The notes under the pieces are model-generated. The model worked only from the letters and a program-made list of their open reading frames with translations, was not told the origin of the DNA and searched no databases. From the IMG/VR virus record IMGVR_UViG_3300047160_025247: DNA of 64,000 bases, one strand, 5' to 3'. Positions 44,917 through 54,204 of this stretch are shown piece after piece. The position numbers and the translations under genes were made by a program. The DNA is from a virus. Numbering within the stretch: the stretch's first letter is position 1; every line of letters begins with the position of its first letter.

Positions 44917-45726
44917 ATGGGTGAGCTGATTCTCGGTAACTCGGCTCCGATCTTCACCGACACGCCGGTGGCCTCGGGGCTGGAGACGCTCATCAACGCG
45001 CAGCTCGCGCCGTTGCTGTCGCACTTCATCCTCGGCATCGGCTTCACCTCAGCCGATCAGGTCCGGAACCTCGGCAACGAGTTGCGCCTCACGGTCAGCT
45101 ACGAGACCGGCGGCACGACGATCACCAATCCGTACAAGATCAAGGGCTTCCAAGCCGTCACGATCAGCGACCTCGTGACGCAAGTCGCCGCGTGGATGGC
45201 TGCGAACCCGACCTACTTCTTCTCACCGCTCTTCCTGCAGCAGGTGACCGGTCCGCGCCGCAAGCAGCCGATCGTCGCGCTCGTCGTCTACAACGAGAGC
45301 CTCGCCGACGGTGAGGCGAACTGGCTCGCCGGCGGCAACCCGGGCGGCGCGACTCCGGGCGGCGCAGCCGGCGGCGATCTCAGCGGCACCTACCCGAACC
45401 CGAACGTTTTCGCCGGCCAGCTCAGCTCGACGCCCGGCGCGACGGCGACGGTTCTCGATTCGGTGTCGGCCGCGACCTACAAGGCCATGAAGTGGTCGAT
45501 CGAGGCGATCAAGGGTACCGCGACGTGGTACAGCGAGATCTCCGCGGCGCATGACGGCACGACCCCCGTCTGGACCGAGGGCAACGTCGAACTCGCGCCG
45601 GGCGGCGGCACGTTCGACTTCACGAACAGCGTCGACATCTCGGGCGGTCTACTCCGGCTCATCACGACGCCGTCGAGCACTGGCTGGACGTTCAGGGTGC
45701 GACAGCTGACCAGACTCGCCGCTTAA
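44917..45726 (+). CDS. putative spike/vertex structural protein
   Basis: AGGDLSGTYPNP fibre-type motif; N-terminal domain is paralogous to 52150-52551. Confidence 0.6.
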   Translation: MGELILGNSAPIFTDTPVASGLETLINAQLAPLLSHFILGIGFTSADQVRNLGNELRLTVSYETGGTTITNPYKIKGFQAVTISDLVTQVAAWMAANPTYFFSPLFLQQVTGPRRKQPIVALVVYNESLADGEANWLAGGNPGGATPGGAAGGDLSGTYPNPNVFAGQLSSTPGATATVLDSVSAATYKAMKWSIEAIKGTATWYSEISAAHDGTTPVWTEGNVELAPGGGTFDFTNSVDISGGLLRLITTPSSTGWTFRVRQLTRLAA

Positions 45727-45783
45727 ATCTCCGCCGGCATTCCGCCGGCACTAACCGCTAACGGGGATAGGGAACCTTAGCAC

Positions 45784-46248
45784 ATGTCGACGCACACCAT
45801 CAAACTACCAAACGGATCTGCCTACATCTTGGAGGGCTGCCTCCAGAACCCAGGCCCATGCACCACGCCCGCGAAGATCGTACTGTGGGCGAAGGTCTGG
45901 GACAAAGTCCGCAAGCAGATCGATCGACGCATGAAGGTGTCGTGGTCGGCCGACCCAATCGACTTTGAAACGCCTATCTTCCGTGACGAGAACGAAACCG
46001 AGCTGTCGTTCAAGAAGCGCGAGGCTGAATTCAATGATGCGTTCAAGGTCTGGGGCGACAAGGAAATGACGCTCACCCTGAACGATAAGGCTCGCGACGC
46101 TGTTCGCGAAGCGCTGAAGTACGTCGTTCAGCATAAGGACGACGAGCGAGCCCGGACCCGGGTCGAAGCGAGCCTGAGCTGGGCCAAGCTTCTCATCGCG
46201 TTCGACATCGCGACCGACGACTCAGAAACTGACACCGAAAGCGAGTAA
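45784..46248 (+). CDS. hypothetical protein, possibly a fibre-assembly chaperone
   Basis: Charged helical product located before the fibre genes. Confidence 0.5.
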   Translation: MSTHTIKLPNGSAYILEGCLQNPGPCTTPAKIVLWAKVWDKVRKQIDRRMKVSWSADPIDFETPIFRDENETELSFKKREAEFNDAFKVWGDKEMTLTLNDKARDAVREALKYVVQHKDDERARTRVEASLSWAKLLIAFDIATDDSETDTESE

Positions 46249-46254
46249 CGTATC

Positions 46255-47310
46255 ATGGCGGAACAGTCGTTTTTGTCGAAATTCGGTCTTCGCTTGGGGG
46301 TACTCGGAAGCGCTGCGAGCCTCGCTATTGCAGCACCCCTAACTTCAGGGAACTACGACACATCCTGCCACACCGACGCGGCGCGCATCGGTTGGTATTT
46401 CGATCGCACAGTCGGCGCAGAAAAGTGCGGAATGATCGTCGGTGGTCAAACCGGACCGCTTTATACGCGGTCTGGTACCTCTGTGAACATGTCACTCAAC
46501 ACTCCGGGCGCCATCATCACGGTGGGTGACGGAACTGGAACTCCATCCTTCATCCTCAATGGAGCAGCCGGAACAAACCGCACCTACCAATACCAAACCG
46601 CAGGTGTTGCGCGCTGGGATCTGACGTGCAACAATACCGCTGAAAGCGGATCGAATACCGGTAGCGATCTGGTTCTGAATGCATACACGGATGCTGGCGC
46701 CCTCGTCGATATGGGCGGAACTGTCGTTTTCACCCGCGCCGCTCTGGGGCCGGTGACGATCAACAGACCAATCGTGAACGGCGCCGGAACATTCACCGCT
46801 GCCGGCACCATGTACAACGCCAACTGCACCTGGAATAATGCGGCCGTCGCTTTTACCGCTGTTCAGGTCAACGTTACCGACACCCTCAGCAATCCGGGTT
46901 CTCTTCTCATCAACCTGCTGACCACCAGCGTCTCGCGCTTCAGCATCAGAAAAGACGGGCAAATCACCCAAGCATCTGTTGATGACCTGACATCAGCCTG
47001 CCTGAACTTCACAAGAACCTTCACGCTCACGGGAAATATCACCGATAGCGGAGCCAACTTCTTGATGAGCGCGGCCATTAATGGCGCATTCACGGTGACT
47101 CGGTATAACTACATCAATATCCTCAACCCGACTGGAGCCGCAACCATCACGAACGGTTGCGTGCTGCGGTTCAATGCGAACGCCGGCACGCACAAGGCTG
47201 TCGATTCTGGAACGACCAAAACCACGCCGGGTGGTGTGGATGCGTGGATGAAGCAAAACATCAACGGAACTATCTACTTCCAACCGCTCTATCTCAGCAA
47301 GACCGCATAA
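46255..47310 (+). CDS. spike/fibre protein A
   Basis: G/T/N-rich beta protein; RWDL..NNTAESGSNTGSDL.LNAY.DAG fibre-type motif. Confidence 0.65.
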   Translation: MAEQSFLSKFGLRLGVLGSAASLAIAAPLTSGNYDTSCHTDAARIGWYFDRTVGAEKCGMIVGGQTGPLYTRSGTSVNMSLNTPGAIITVGDGTGTPSFILNGAAGTNRTYQYQTAGVARWDLTCNNTAESGSNTGSDLVLNAYTDAGALVDMGGTVVFTRAALGPVTINRPIVNGAGTFTAAGTMYNANCTWNNAAVAFTAVQVNVTDTLSNPGSLLINLLTTSVSRFSIRKDGQITQASVDDLTSACLNFTRTFTLTGNITDSGANFLMSAAINGAFTVTRYNYINILNPTGAATITNGCVLRFNANAGTHKAVDSGTTKTTPGGVDAWMKQNINGTIYFQPLYLSKTA

Positions 47311-47311
47311 C

Positions 47312-48349
47312 ATGGCTGAACAGTCCTTTCTTGCAAAGTTGGGTGTTCGCCTCGGTATCCTGGGAAGCTCCGCTTCGCTGGCTATCGCAGCACCGCTGGC
47401 GGTGGGAAACTACGACCCGTCATGCCAAACCGACTCCGCACGCATCGGATGGTATTTCGATCGGACCTTGGGGGTGGAGACCCTCTCGTTGATGGTCGGC
47501 GGCGTTCAGGCAAGCACCAGTTATGCCGCAAACAATAAGTTTCAGCTCATCAGTCCCTCGCCCGTTTTTAGCCTCGGTAACGGAGCAGGAACGCCGGGGG
47601 TCAACATCAACGGGGCTAATGCCACCAACCGACAGCTGATTTTTAATACAAACGGTTCTGTTCGGTGGAATTTGCGAGCTAGTGCTGTCTCTGAAACAGG
47701 AAGCGACGCAGGATCGAACTGGAACTTCGACGCAAACGATGGCACAGGGACGCTAATCAATTCCCCTATTTCCATTTTTAGAGCTGGTGGCGGTGTTTTC
47801 AACTTCAACAGACCTGTCACCATGAGTGGCGGTGTTTTCACCACAAACACTATTCTTGCTCAGTATACAGCCACATGGAATTTCGCCGGCACGTTCGCCA
47901 TGCTTCGGTTTCTGGCGACGGATACCGCTAGTGATCCGGCGTCATTGCTTGTCAACGTTCTGGTGGGTAACGTCTCACGGTTCAGCATCAGAAAAGACGC
48001 ACTTCTGATTAACGCGTCGGTTGATGACCTTACGTCCGCTCAGTTCAATTCGACTCGCACGTCAACACTCGGTGGTGCTGTCACTGACGGTATCCATGGT
48101 CAGTATACGACAACACTCAACGGGGCATTCACTATCACTCGATACAACTGGTTCGAATTGGATAACATCACCGGAGCCGCAACTATCACCGACGCTACGG
48201 TGTTTGATTTCGATGCTGCAGCCGGCACGCATAAATGCATCGACGCCGGTACGACTAAGACCAGCCCCGGTACCGTCTCAGCGTGGATCAAGCACAACAT
48301 CAATGGCACCATCTACTACTCAAACGCCTATACCAGCAAGACCAGCTGA
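47312..48349 (+). CDS. spike/fibre protein B (tandem paralog of A)
   Basis: Same N-terminus MAEQSFL.K.G.RLG.LGS and C-terminus W.K.NINGTIY; divergent middle. Confidence 0.65.
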   Translation: MAEQSFLAKLGVRLGILGSSASLAIAAPLAVGNYDPSCQTDSARIGWYFDRTLGVETLSLMVGGVQASTSYAANNKFQLISPSPVFSLGNGAGTPGVNINGANATNRQLIFNTNGSVRWNLRASAVSETGSDAGSNWNFDANDGTGTLINSPISIFRAGGGVFNFNRPVTMSGGVFTTNTILAQYTATWNFAGTFAMLRFLATDTASDPASLLVNVLVGNVSRFSIRKDALLINASVDDLTSAQFNSTRTSTLGGAVTDGIHGQYTTTLNGAFTITRYNWFELDNITGAATITDATVFDFDAAAGTHKCIDAGTTKTSPGTVSAWIKHNINGTIYYSNAYTSKTS

Positions 48350-48357
48350 GGATTTCC

Positions 48358-48549
48358 ATGAAAATCATCGTCGAATCTATCGCAGATGTCGCCGAGCGCG
48401 ACCCGACGCTCAAGGGGTGCCATGTGAGTGGTCGTACCCCGGAGTCGCCGGACGATCCGCACGCACGCCGCGTCTACCTCCAGCTCTACATTCCGTCCGA
48501 TCATGCCGACTTCGACACTTTTAAAGTTGGTCAGGAAATCGAGCTGTAG
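48358..48549 (+). CDS. 63-aa hypothetical protein
   Basis: GAGG RBS; operon position. Confidence 0.55.
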   Translation: MKIIVESIADVAERDPTLKGCHVSGRTPESPDDPHARRVYLQLYIPSDHADFDTFKVGQEIEL

Positions 48550-48551
48550 TC

Positions 48552-49118
48552 GTGAGCGACAAGGAACAAATTCGGCGCAGCGGTGAATTCCGCATCGAGC
48601 AGAACCTTGGTGAGATCCTGCAGGGGATCCACGGCGCGGTCGAGAAACGTCTCGACACCATCGTCGAGAAGTTCGAGACCCACGCCGACAAAGTCGATGA
48701 CCGCCTCGCGAAGGGCGACACGACTATGGCGGTGATGAACCAGGCCATCAAGCATGTCGGCGATCGAGTCGAGGCCCTCCACGGCGATCTGACCACGCAG
48801 ATCAACACGCTGCGCTCGGAAGTGAAGTCCCAGTCGGACAAGATCCGCGACATCGAAGTGAAGCGCCCGGTCGACCGCACGCCGCGAGCCACGCCGGCAC
48901 TGGAACCGAAGAAAGAAGAACCGTGGCTCTACCGCGCATTCCGCAAAGGCACTGAGTACTCGATCGCCGCAGTGATGGCTGCGCTCGCGCTCGGTCTCGT
49001 GTTGTGGATCCTCCGCGGCAACGCTGCGAAGATCTTCGATACATCACCTGCTGCGGCGCCCGCGCTGCCCACAACGCCAGCAACCGCTCCTACACACCAG
49101 CCAACCACTTCACCTTGA
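48552..49118 (+). CDS. coiled-coil protein with one TM helix (holin/membrane-protein-like)
   Basis: Heptad region, then IAAVMAALALGLVLWIL. Confidence 0.6.
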   Translation: MSDKEQIRRSGEFRIEQNLGEILQGIHGAVEKRLDTIVEKFETHADKVDDRLAKGDTTMAVMNQAIKHVGDRVEALHGDLTTQINTLRSEVKSQSDKIRDIEVKRPVDRTPRATPALEPKKEEPWLYRAFRKGTEYSIAAVMAALALGLVLWILRGNAAKIFDTSPAAAPALPTTPATAPTHQPTTSP

Positions 49119-49130
49119 TTGGCTATACCT

Positions 49131-50369
49131 ATGGAGCCCACATATTTCCCAGAGCGGTTGGATACCTTTAACGATATTGGTGCTCAACCTGTCGACCTAC
49201 CAAACCCCGAGGGGGAGTTCCACTCATTCATCCACACCCAGCTCAGGTCGGCTCTCTTCGCGCTCGAAGAAAAAGTAGGAGTTGATAACTCTTCTGACCC
49301 AACGTCTATCGACTATAAAGTCGGAATTCTTCCGCTCGTCGGGACCGGACGTATCACCATCCCAGAAACCGGATTCTGGACAGACCTCGGGCCGGCAGCT
49401 ATCTGGAGACTCAAAGATCGAGTTTTCGTTGGAGATGCCGCTGACACAAGCGGGCAATGGGCAGCGACCACCTCAGAATCTTGGGTAGCCACGGATATCG
49501 CCTATTGGCCTGAGCGTTCTTCGCAGTTCATGTCAGCGTCGACTGTGGGTGGTATCGCTGGGTGCTTTGCATCGCGAACTTCGGATTACAACGACGCTCA
49601 TCCAGCGGCAGCTATCGGGGTTGCCGGTTTTTCGTACAACGACAATGCGACCCCAGGTCTCGCGTGTTGGTCCGGATACTTCGAAGCAGTGCGGACGGCG
49701 CTGTCTCTGTCAGCGGCCTATGGCCTAGAAATTACATCCAAAAACCAATCCACCGATGTGACCAGCACACCATACCTTACTCTCGGGTGGGGTTGCATCG
49801 GCATCTGGTTGCCAGCAGGTGGGGATGATTCCTACGGCGGTGCTTCCACGAATCCGTCTAACTGCGCTATCATGATCGGCAAAAACTCTCAACCGTGGAA
49901 TAAAGGAATCATATTTAGATCTGACGGTATTACGGGAACTGACGGTAGTGGAACTGGAACCGGTATCGCCATAGATCTGGCAGCTGGTCATGTCATCAAT
50001 TGGACTGGCCCAACAGGAGGGACGAGCGCCACCATCTACTCGAAGTCCACGACCGCCGCGCAAAACATGGGTATCGTCTTCGAAGACAACAGTATTCGAT
50101 TCACGGGTCATGCAGGAGTTAGTGCCTATCGGTCAGACCATATCCCAGGAGCGGTTAACTACCTCACAGCCAGAAACGCGCTGACAGGTGTTGCTCCATC
50201 ATTTGTTGCAGCGGGTGATGATACCGACGTTGATATCGGATTTACTCCGAAAGGCGCCGGCCTGATGAAGTTCGGTACGTTCTCTGCTAACTCAGACACC
50301 CCCATCATCGGATACATCTCAATTAAAGATGCCGGTGGTACTACACGAAAGCTAGCGGTGATCGCATGA
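49131..50369 (+). CDS. spike/fibre protein C with N-terminal anchor motif
   Basis: FPERLD...PNPEGEFHS.IH.Q...EEKVG...DPTSIDYK, then a beta-rich body; lower GC3. Confidence 0.6.
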   Translation: MEPTYFPERLDTFNDIGAQPVDLPNPEGEFHSFIHTQLRSALFALEEKVGVDNSSDPTSIDYKVGILPLVGTGRITIPETGFWTDLGPAAIWRLKDRVFVGDAADTSGQWAATTSESWVATDIAYWPERSSQFMSASTVGGIAGCFASRTSDYNDAHPAAAIGVAGFSYNDNATPGLACWSGYFEAVRTALSLSAAYGLEITSKNQSTDVTSTPYLTLGWGCIGIWLPAGGDDSYGGASTNPSNCAIMIGKNSQPWNKGIIFRSDGITGTDGSGTGTGIAIDLAAGHVINWTGPTGGTSATIYSKSTTAAQNMGIVFEDNSIRFTGHAGVSAYRSDHIPGAVNYLTARNALTGVAPSFVAAGDDTDVDIGFTPKGAGLMKFGTFSANSDTPIIGYISIKDAGGTTRKLAVIA

Positions 50370-50542
50370 TCCTCGACAAAAAAGAACATCAGGCCTTCTT
50401 GCTAGAACTCTTTCATCAGGTTCAATTCCCTGGAAAGACTTTAGACATAGCATACGAAATAAAGCGTGCGATCATGTCTGCGGAAATAAAGCCGCCGACC
50501 TCGACGGTTCCATCGGACCTTACTCCTCCGGCAGCTCGCTGA
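50366..50542 (+). CDS. 58-aa putative chaperone-like protein (not in the ORF track)
   Basis: MILDKKEHQAFLLELFHQVQFPG...; ATGA overlap with fibre C. Confidence 0.55.
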   Translation: MILDKKEHQAFLLELFHQVQFPGKTLDIAYEIKRAIMSAEIKPPTSTVPSDLTPPAAR

Positions 50543-50555
50543 TCAAGGAAACCAA

Positions 50556-51086
50556 ATGGCTTATCCCACCGCTTCTTTCCCGGCTGCGCTCGACACTGTC
50601 AACCAGATCGGTCCCGGCGACGCCAACTCACAGGTGCCGAACCCGCAGGGCGAGACGCATTCGGGTATCCACGCCCAGATCGCGGCGATTCTCGCAGCGA
50701 TCGAGACCGCGATCGGTATCACTGGGTCGACGGACCCGACCTCGATCCTCTACAAGCTGCGGGCAGCGACTGCGACGGTCGTCCCTCTGGCCGACGGAGC
50801 GCACATCGCGACGGACGCGTCCCAGGGAACCGTGTTCGACGTCACCATCGCCGGCGACCGCATCCTCGACAACCCAACCAACCCGAGCGATGGGCAGGTG
50901 TGCACCTGGCGCGTGAAGCAAGGGGCCGGCGGCAACCACCTCCTGACGTATGGCAGCGCGTTCAACTTCGGCGCCGCGGGAGCACCGACGCTATCAACGA
51001 CCGCCGCGAAGATCGACGAGATCACCGCACGCTACAACCTGGCAACCACCAAGTGGGACGTCGTGCTCGTCTCCCTCGGCTTCTGA
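50556..51086 (+). CDS. spike/fibre protein D sharing the anchor motif of fibre C
   Basis: FPAALD...PNPQGETHSGIHAQ...ETAIG...DPTSILYKL; C-terminal NPTNP.DGQ...V.Q...G domain typical of phage fibres. Confidence 0.65.
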   Translation: MAYPTASFPAALDTVNQIGPGDANSQVPNPQGETHSGIHAQIAAILAAIETAIGITGSTDPTSILYKLRAATATVVPLADGAHIATDASQGTVFDVTIAGDRILDNPTNPSDGQVCTWRVKQGAGGNHLLTYGSAFNFGAAGAPTLSTTAAKIDEITARYNLATTKWDVVLVSLGF

Positions 51087-51089
51087 TGC

Positions 51090-51689
51090 ATGTCGCTCAA
51101 CGGGATCGCTGCGCTCGGAATTCTTCTCTTCATCGTCGTGATTTTTCTCACGGTGAAGGATCCGGCGCCGTCTCTCGAAGGGCTCACAGCGATCCCGTCG
51201 ACCTTCCCTCAGTTCACCGGCTGGAGCGGACAACATGCTGCTGTGGCTAAGATCGAAGCGACCGACAAGAGCAGCGGTGCTCGCGTTGGCGAGTTTCTTC
51301 GTGGTGCTGATGGTCGGTTGTACGAGTCACCGGAATCAGCAGCTCGGTCAACGATTCAACTCGAAGAGACCCCCATCATCCCCTTCGGCCAACGCATCGA
51401 CCGGATCGGAACCTTCGTCGCCTACTTCGACAAGCACGGCGACACCCGAGCAGACCGATTCCAAGTCGGCGCCCATTACGAACCCTGCGACCTCTTCTTC
51501 GGCACCATCTCCCTCCCCAGCTTCGCCATCACCAAAGACCTCGCCGGAATCGGCGCCGTCGGGCGCCTCCCGCCGCGAACCTTCCCCCGCCTCTCCTGCA
51601 TCGGGATCGGGGTATGGGAAGCCGCTCCTTTTGACGGCGGCCGTCCTAGTCTTCTTGTGGGTGCTGAATTCCATATCGCCCTTCCGTAA
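51090..51689 (+). CDS. N-terminally anchored hypothetical protein with C-terminal beta-strands
   Basis: TM segment GIAALGILLFIVVIFL; ends with aromatic beta pattern LLVGAEFHIALP. Confidence 0.55.
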   Translation: MSLNGIAALGILLFIVVIFLTVKDPAPSLEGLTAIPSTFPQFTGWSGQHAAVAKIEATDKSSGARVGEFLRGADGRLYESPESAARSTIQLEETPIIPFGQRIDRIGTFVAYFDKHGDTRADRFQVGAHYEPCDLFFGTISLPSFAITKDLAGIGAVGRLPPRTFPRLSCIGIGVWEAAPFDGGRPSLLVGAEFHIALP

Positions 51690-51699
51690 AGGAGCCACC

Positions 51700-52056
51700 A
51701 TGTCCCTCCACGACTTCTTCAACAAGCTCGCTGGCATCACGAAGCCCGCGATCGACGACGGCAAGGCCGAGCTGCTCAAGCACGACAGCTTCCTGTCGCT
51801 GCGCACGCTCGCTGTGGTCGCCTTCGCCGGCTACCTGCTCTACCTCAACCACCTGCTGCTGACGCCGGAGAACCTCAAGCTGGTGTTCTACCTCGTCGCG
51901 CTGTTGATCGTCTGCAACACGCTCTCGAAGTGCGTCGTTGCCTGGGTGAACGGCTGGATCACCACCACGCAGACCAAGGCGTTCAGCCAGGACAACCAGA
52001 TCGATGCGAACGAGAAGGCGGTGCTCGACCAGTCGGGCGCGCGGACTGACAAGTAG
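51700..52056 (+). CDS. two-TM membrane protein (holin-like)
   Basis: AAAGGAG RBS; two hydrophobic helices. Confidence 0.6.
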   Translation: MSLHDFFNKLAGITKPAIDDGKAELLKHDSFLSLRTLAVVAFAGYLLYLNHLLLTPENLKLVFYLVALLIVCNTLSKCVVAWVNGWITTTQTKAFSQDNQIDANEKAVLDQSGARTDK

Positions 52057-52102
52057 GGCGCAAAAAGCAAGCGCGGCTTGCACCTACCTTATACACCGAC
52101 AT

Positions 52103-52139
52103 CATAGTCGATGACCTATTACCCATAGTCGATGACCTA
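52103..52139 (+). repeat. 16-bp direct repeat CATAGTCGATGACCTA x2 (21-bp period)
   Basis: Copies at 52103-52118 and 52124-52139, immediately before the GGGAG RBS of 52150. Confidence 0.8.
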
Positions 52140-52149
52140 GGGAGCCTTC

Positions 52150-52551
52150 ATGGCACGCACCGTCGCTCAGTACCACGCCACGACCTCTGCCGACATCCAG
52201 ACGGCGGTCGATGCCGCGCTCGCAGCGCTGACCAACCCAACGATCCGCGGGCTGAAGATCAACGTGCGCAACCTGCAGCGCCGCATCGGTCGCGAGTACA
52301 ATGTGCTCCTGACCTACGACACCGGTGGCTCGGCGCTCGCGACGCCCTTCCACATGAAGCTCTTCGAGTACGCGACACCCGAAGCGCTGCTCACCGCGTT
52401 GCAGGCTTACATCTCGGGCAACAGCTACTTCTTCGCGGCGCCGTTCCTCTACGTCATCGACGACACGGTGCACACGCCGCTCTACGGCGCGATGCTGCTC
52501 TACAACACCACGACCGGCGCGTCGGCGAACTTCACCCCGCTCAACCCGTAA
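52150..52551 (+). CDS. structural protein paralogous to the N-terminal domain of 44917-45726
   Basis: LTYDTGG...TPFHMKLF...YFFAAPF...LLYN versus VSYETGG...NPYKIKGF...YFFSPLF...VVYN. Confidence 0.6.
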   Translation: MARTVAQYHATTSADIQTAVDAALAALTNPTIRGLKINVRNLQRRIGREYNVLLTYDTGGSALATPFHMKLFEYATPEALLTALQAYISGNSYFFAAPFLYVIDDTVHTPLYGAMLLYNTTTGASANFTPLNP

Positions 52552-52560
52552 GGGACCACC

Positions 52561-53562
52561 ATGGCCGTCAACATCGGCTCGCTCACTGGCGGGACACTCA
52601 ACACGATCGCGCTCGCCGCTCCGCTGGACCAGGCGACGCGCGACGTCGTCGCACAGCTGTTCCAGAAGATGGCGACGGCTATGCCGTGGATCACCTACGA
52701 TCCCGTCGGCATGTCGGCGCTCGCGATGGATCAGCAGAGCTATCCGTACCCGGTACAGACCATCGGTAACCCGCCGGTGTGGCTGAACACCGCCGATCGA
52801 CTGCAGGTGTGGCGCGACATCGCTGGGCAGTTCGTGCCGATCACGCAGCAGATCCTGACCGGGCAGATCCTGCAGGCACGCGTCGTCGCCATCGCGCTGA
52901 ACAACAACGTCACGTTCTGGAACAACGTCGCGCGCTACAGCGGCGTCGATGCGATCAACGCGGTGTGGGATGACCTGTGGCAGGCCATCGCGTCCTTCCG
53001 CGCCTCGCGCGACGCGACCAAGGTCGCCTTCGACCAGACCGCGCCGATCGTGGCGCAGTACGGCGCGAAGATCCCGGCGTCGCTCACGTCGCAGCGCGCC
53101 GCTCTGATCGCGCAGTTCAACGACCTCACCAACCGCGCCAGCACCACCCTCGCGCCGCTCGGCGCGCAGGCGCGCACTGCGGCAGGCCTCGGCATCGCGC
53201 CGTTGGTGATCGCCGGCATCGCCGCAGCCACGGTCGCGACCATCGCCGCCGCGGTCTGGGGCATCGCGCACGAGTTCTCGGCGGTGCAGATCAACGCGAA
53301 CAACAACGCACAGGCGATCCTACAGGCGCGCGACACCGCCGACCAGGCGGACTTCGAAGCGGGCAAGATCACCAACGAGCAGCTGACCCAGCGCCGCAAC
53401 GACAACGTCACCTCGGCCGCGAAGCTCGTCGACGCCGAAGGCGCCGGAGCCGTCGGCCGTGCCGTCGGCCGCGCCGGAACCGGCGTCGCCATCGGTGTCG
53501 GTGCGCTCGCGCTTGCGCTCATCGGTGGCTACTTTCTGCTCCGCAAGTCGCGTTCGTCCTGA
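52561..53562 (+). CDS. helical membrane protein with an AAGLG motif, internal hydrophobic helix and C-terminal TM anchor
   Basis: AAGLG-IAPLVIAGIAAATV...; ends LALIGGYFLLRKSRSS. Confidence 0.7.
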   Translation: MAVNIGSLTGGTLNTIALAAPLDQATRDVVAQLFQKMATAMPWITYDPVGMSALAMDQQSYPYPVQTIGNPPVWLNTADRLQVWRDIAGQFVPITQQILTGQILQARVVAIALNNNVTFWNNVARYSGVDAINAVWDDLWQAIASFRASRDATKVAFDQTAPIVAQYGAKIPASLTSQRAALIAQFNDLTNRASTTLAPLGAQARTAAGLGIAPLVIAGIAAATVATIAAAVWGIAHEFSAVQINANNNAQAILQARDTADQADFEAGKITNEQLTQRRNDNVTSAAKLVDAEGAGAVGRAVGRAGTGVAIGVGALALALIGGYFLLRKSRSS

Positions 53563-53574
53563 GAGCCCACGCGC

Positions 53575-54204
53575 ATGCAGCAGATGGGCTACCGCTTCAT
53601 CGAAGCGTGTGCGTTGCTTCCAATGCTGTTCGTGCCGCAGAACCGTCAAAACGCGGTGTTCTGCACAGGCGCGCAGGCTGAGACCTTCGCCGCGCACTGC
53701 CTCCGCTGGCGCGACGTCAACTGCGTCTACCTCCGCGAGAAGCCGATCCGTCCCCTCGCCGAGCGCGACGACCCGATCTTCAAGGACAAGACCAAGCAGA
53801 TCATCGTCGCAGCGATGCCGCCGGTCGGCTCCTGTGCCGCGGTGCTAACGTCGCCAGGTGAAGACCCCGACGCCTACCTCGGCGCGCTCGCGGCCGACGG
53901 CGTGGTCTGCGTCACTCGATACGATGTGACCGAGGTGCAGCCGATGCTCTGGCATATGCGCCGGCTCTTCCCGCGGTCGGTGATCCCGTGGCGGGAGTAC
54001 CTTCCCCAGGAGATCTACGGCGCCATCGCCAGCCCTCGCGGCGTTCCGACCCAACAGCGCAGTCCGCCCCAGAGCGCGAAACGCCTGAATAACCAGTACC
54101 TCAAGGCCATGTTCAACTTCGGCCAGGACGAGCTACCGATGGTATTCGGCGGCATGTCCGGTAAAAAGGACACAGCAGCCCCAGGGAAGACGAGCCATGC
54201 CTGA
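53575..54204 (+). CDS. degenerate spermidine-synthase-like (class I SAM fold) protein
   Basis: Order LLPMLFVP...AVF...CLRWRDV...LAADGVVCV...LFP...LNNQY..AMF follows SpeE, but the GGGDG motif is absent. Confidence 0.45.
   Translation: MQQMGYRFIEACALLPMLFVPQNRQNAVFCTGAQAETFAAHCLRWRDVNCVYLREKPIRPLAERDDPIFKDKTKQIIVAAMPPVGSCAAVLTSPGEDPDAYLGALAADGVVCVTRYDVTEVQPMLWHMRRLFPRSVIPWREYLPQEIYGAIASPRGVPTQQRSPPQSAKRLNNQYLKAMFNFGQDELPMVFGGMSGKKDTAAPGKTSHA

Noticed and set aside
44917-51086. Tailed phage (Caudoviricetes) inferred from fibre-like genes
   Set aside because: Fibre motifs are shared across virus groups, and no terminase, portal, HK97 capsid, tube, sheath or baseplate gene was recognised here. 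This cannot be fully excluded because the rest of the genome is unseen.
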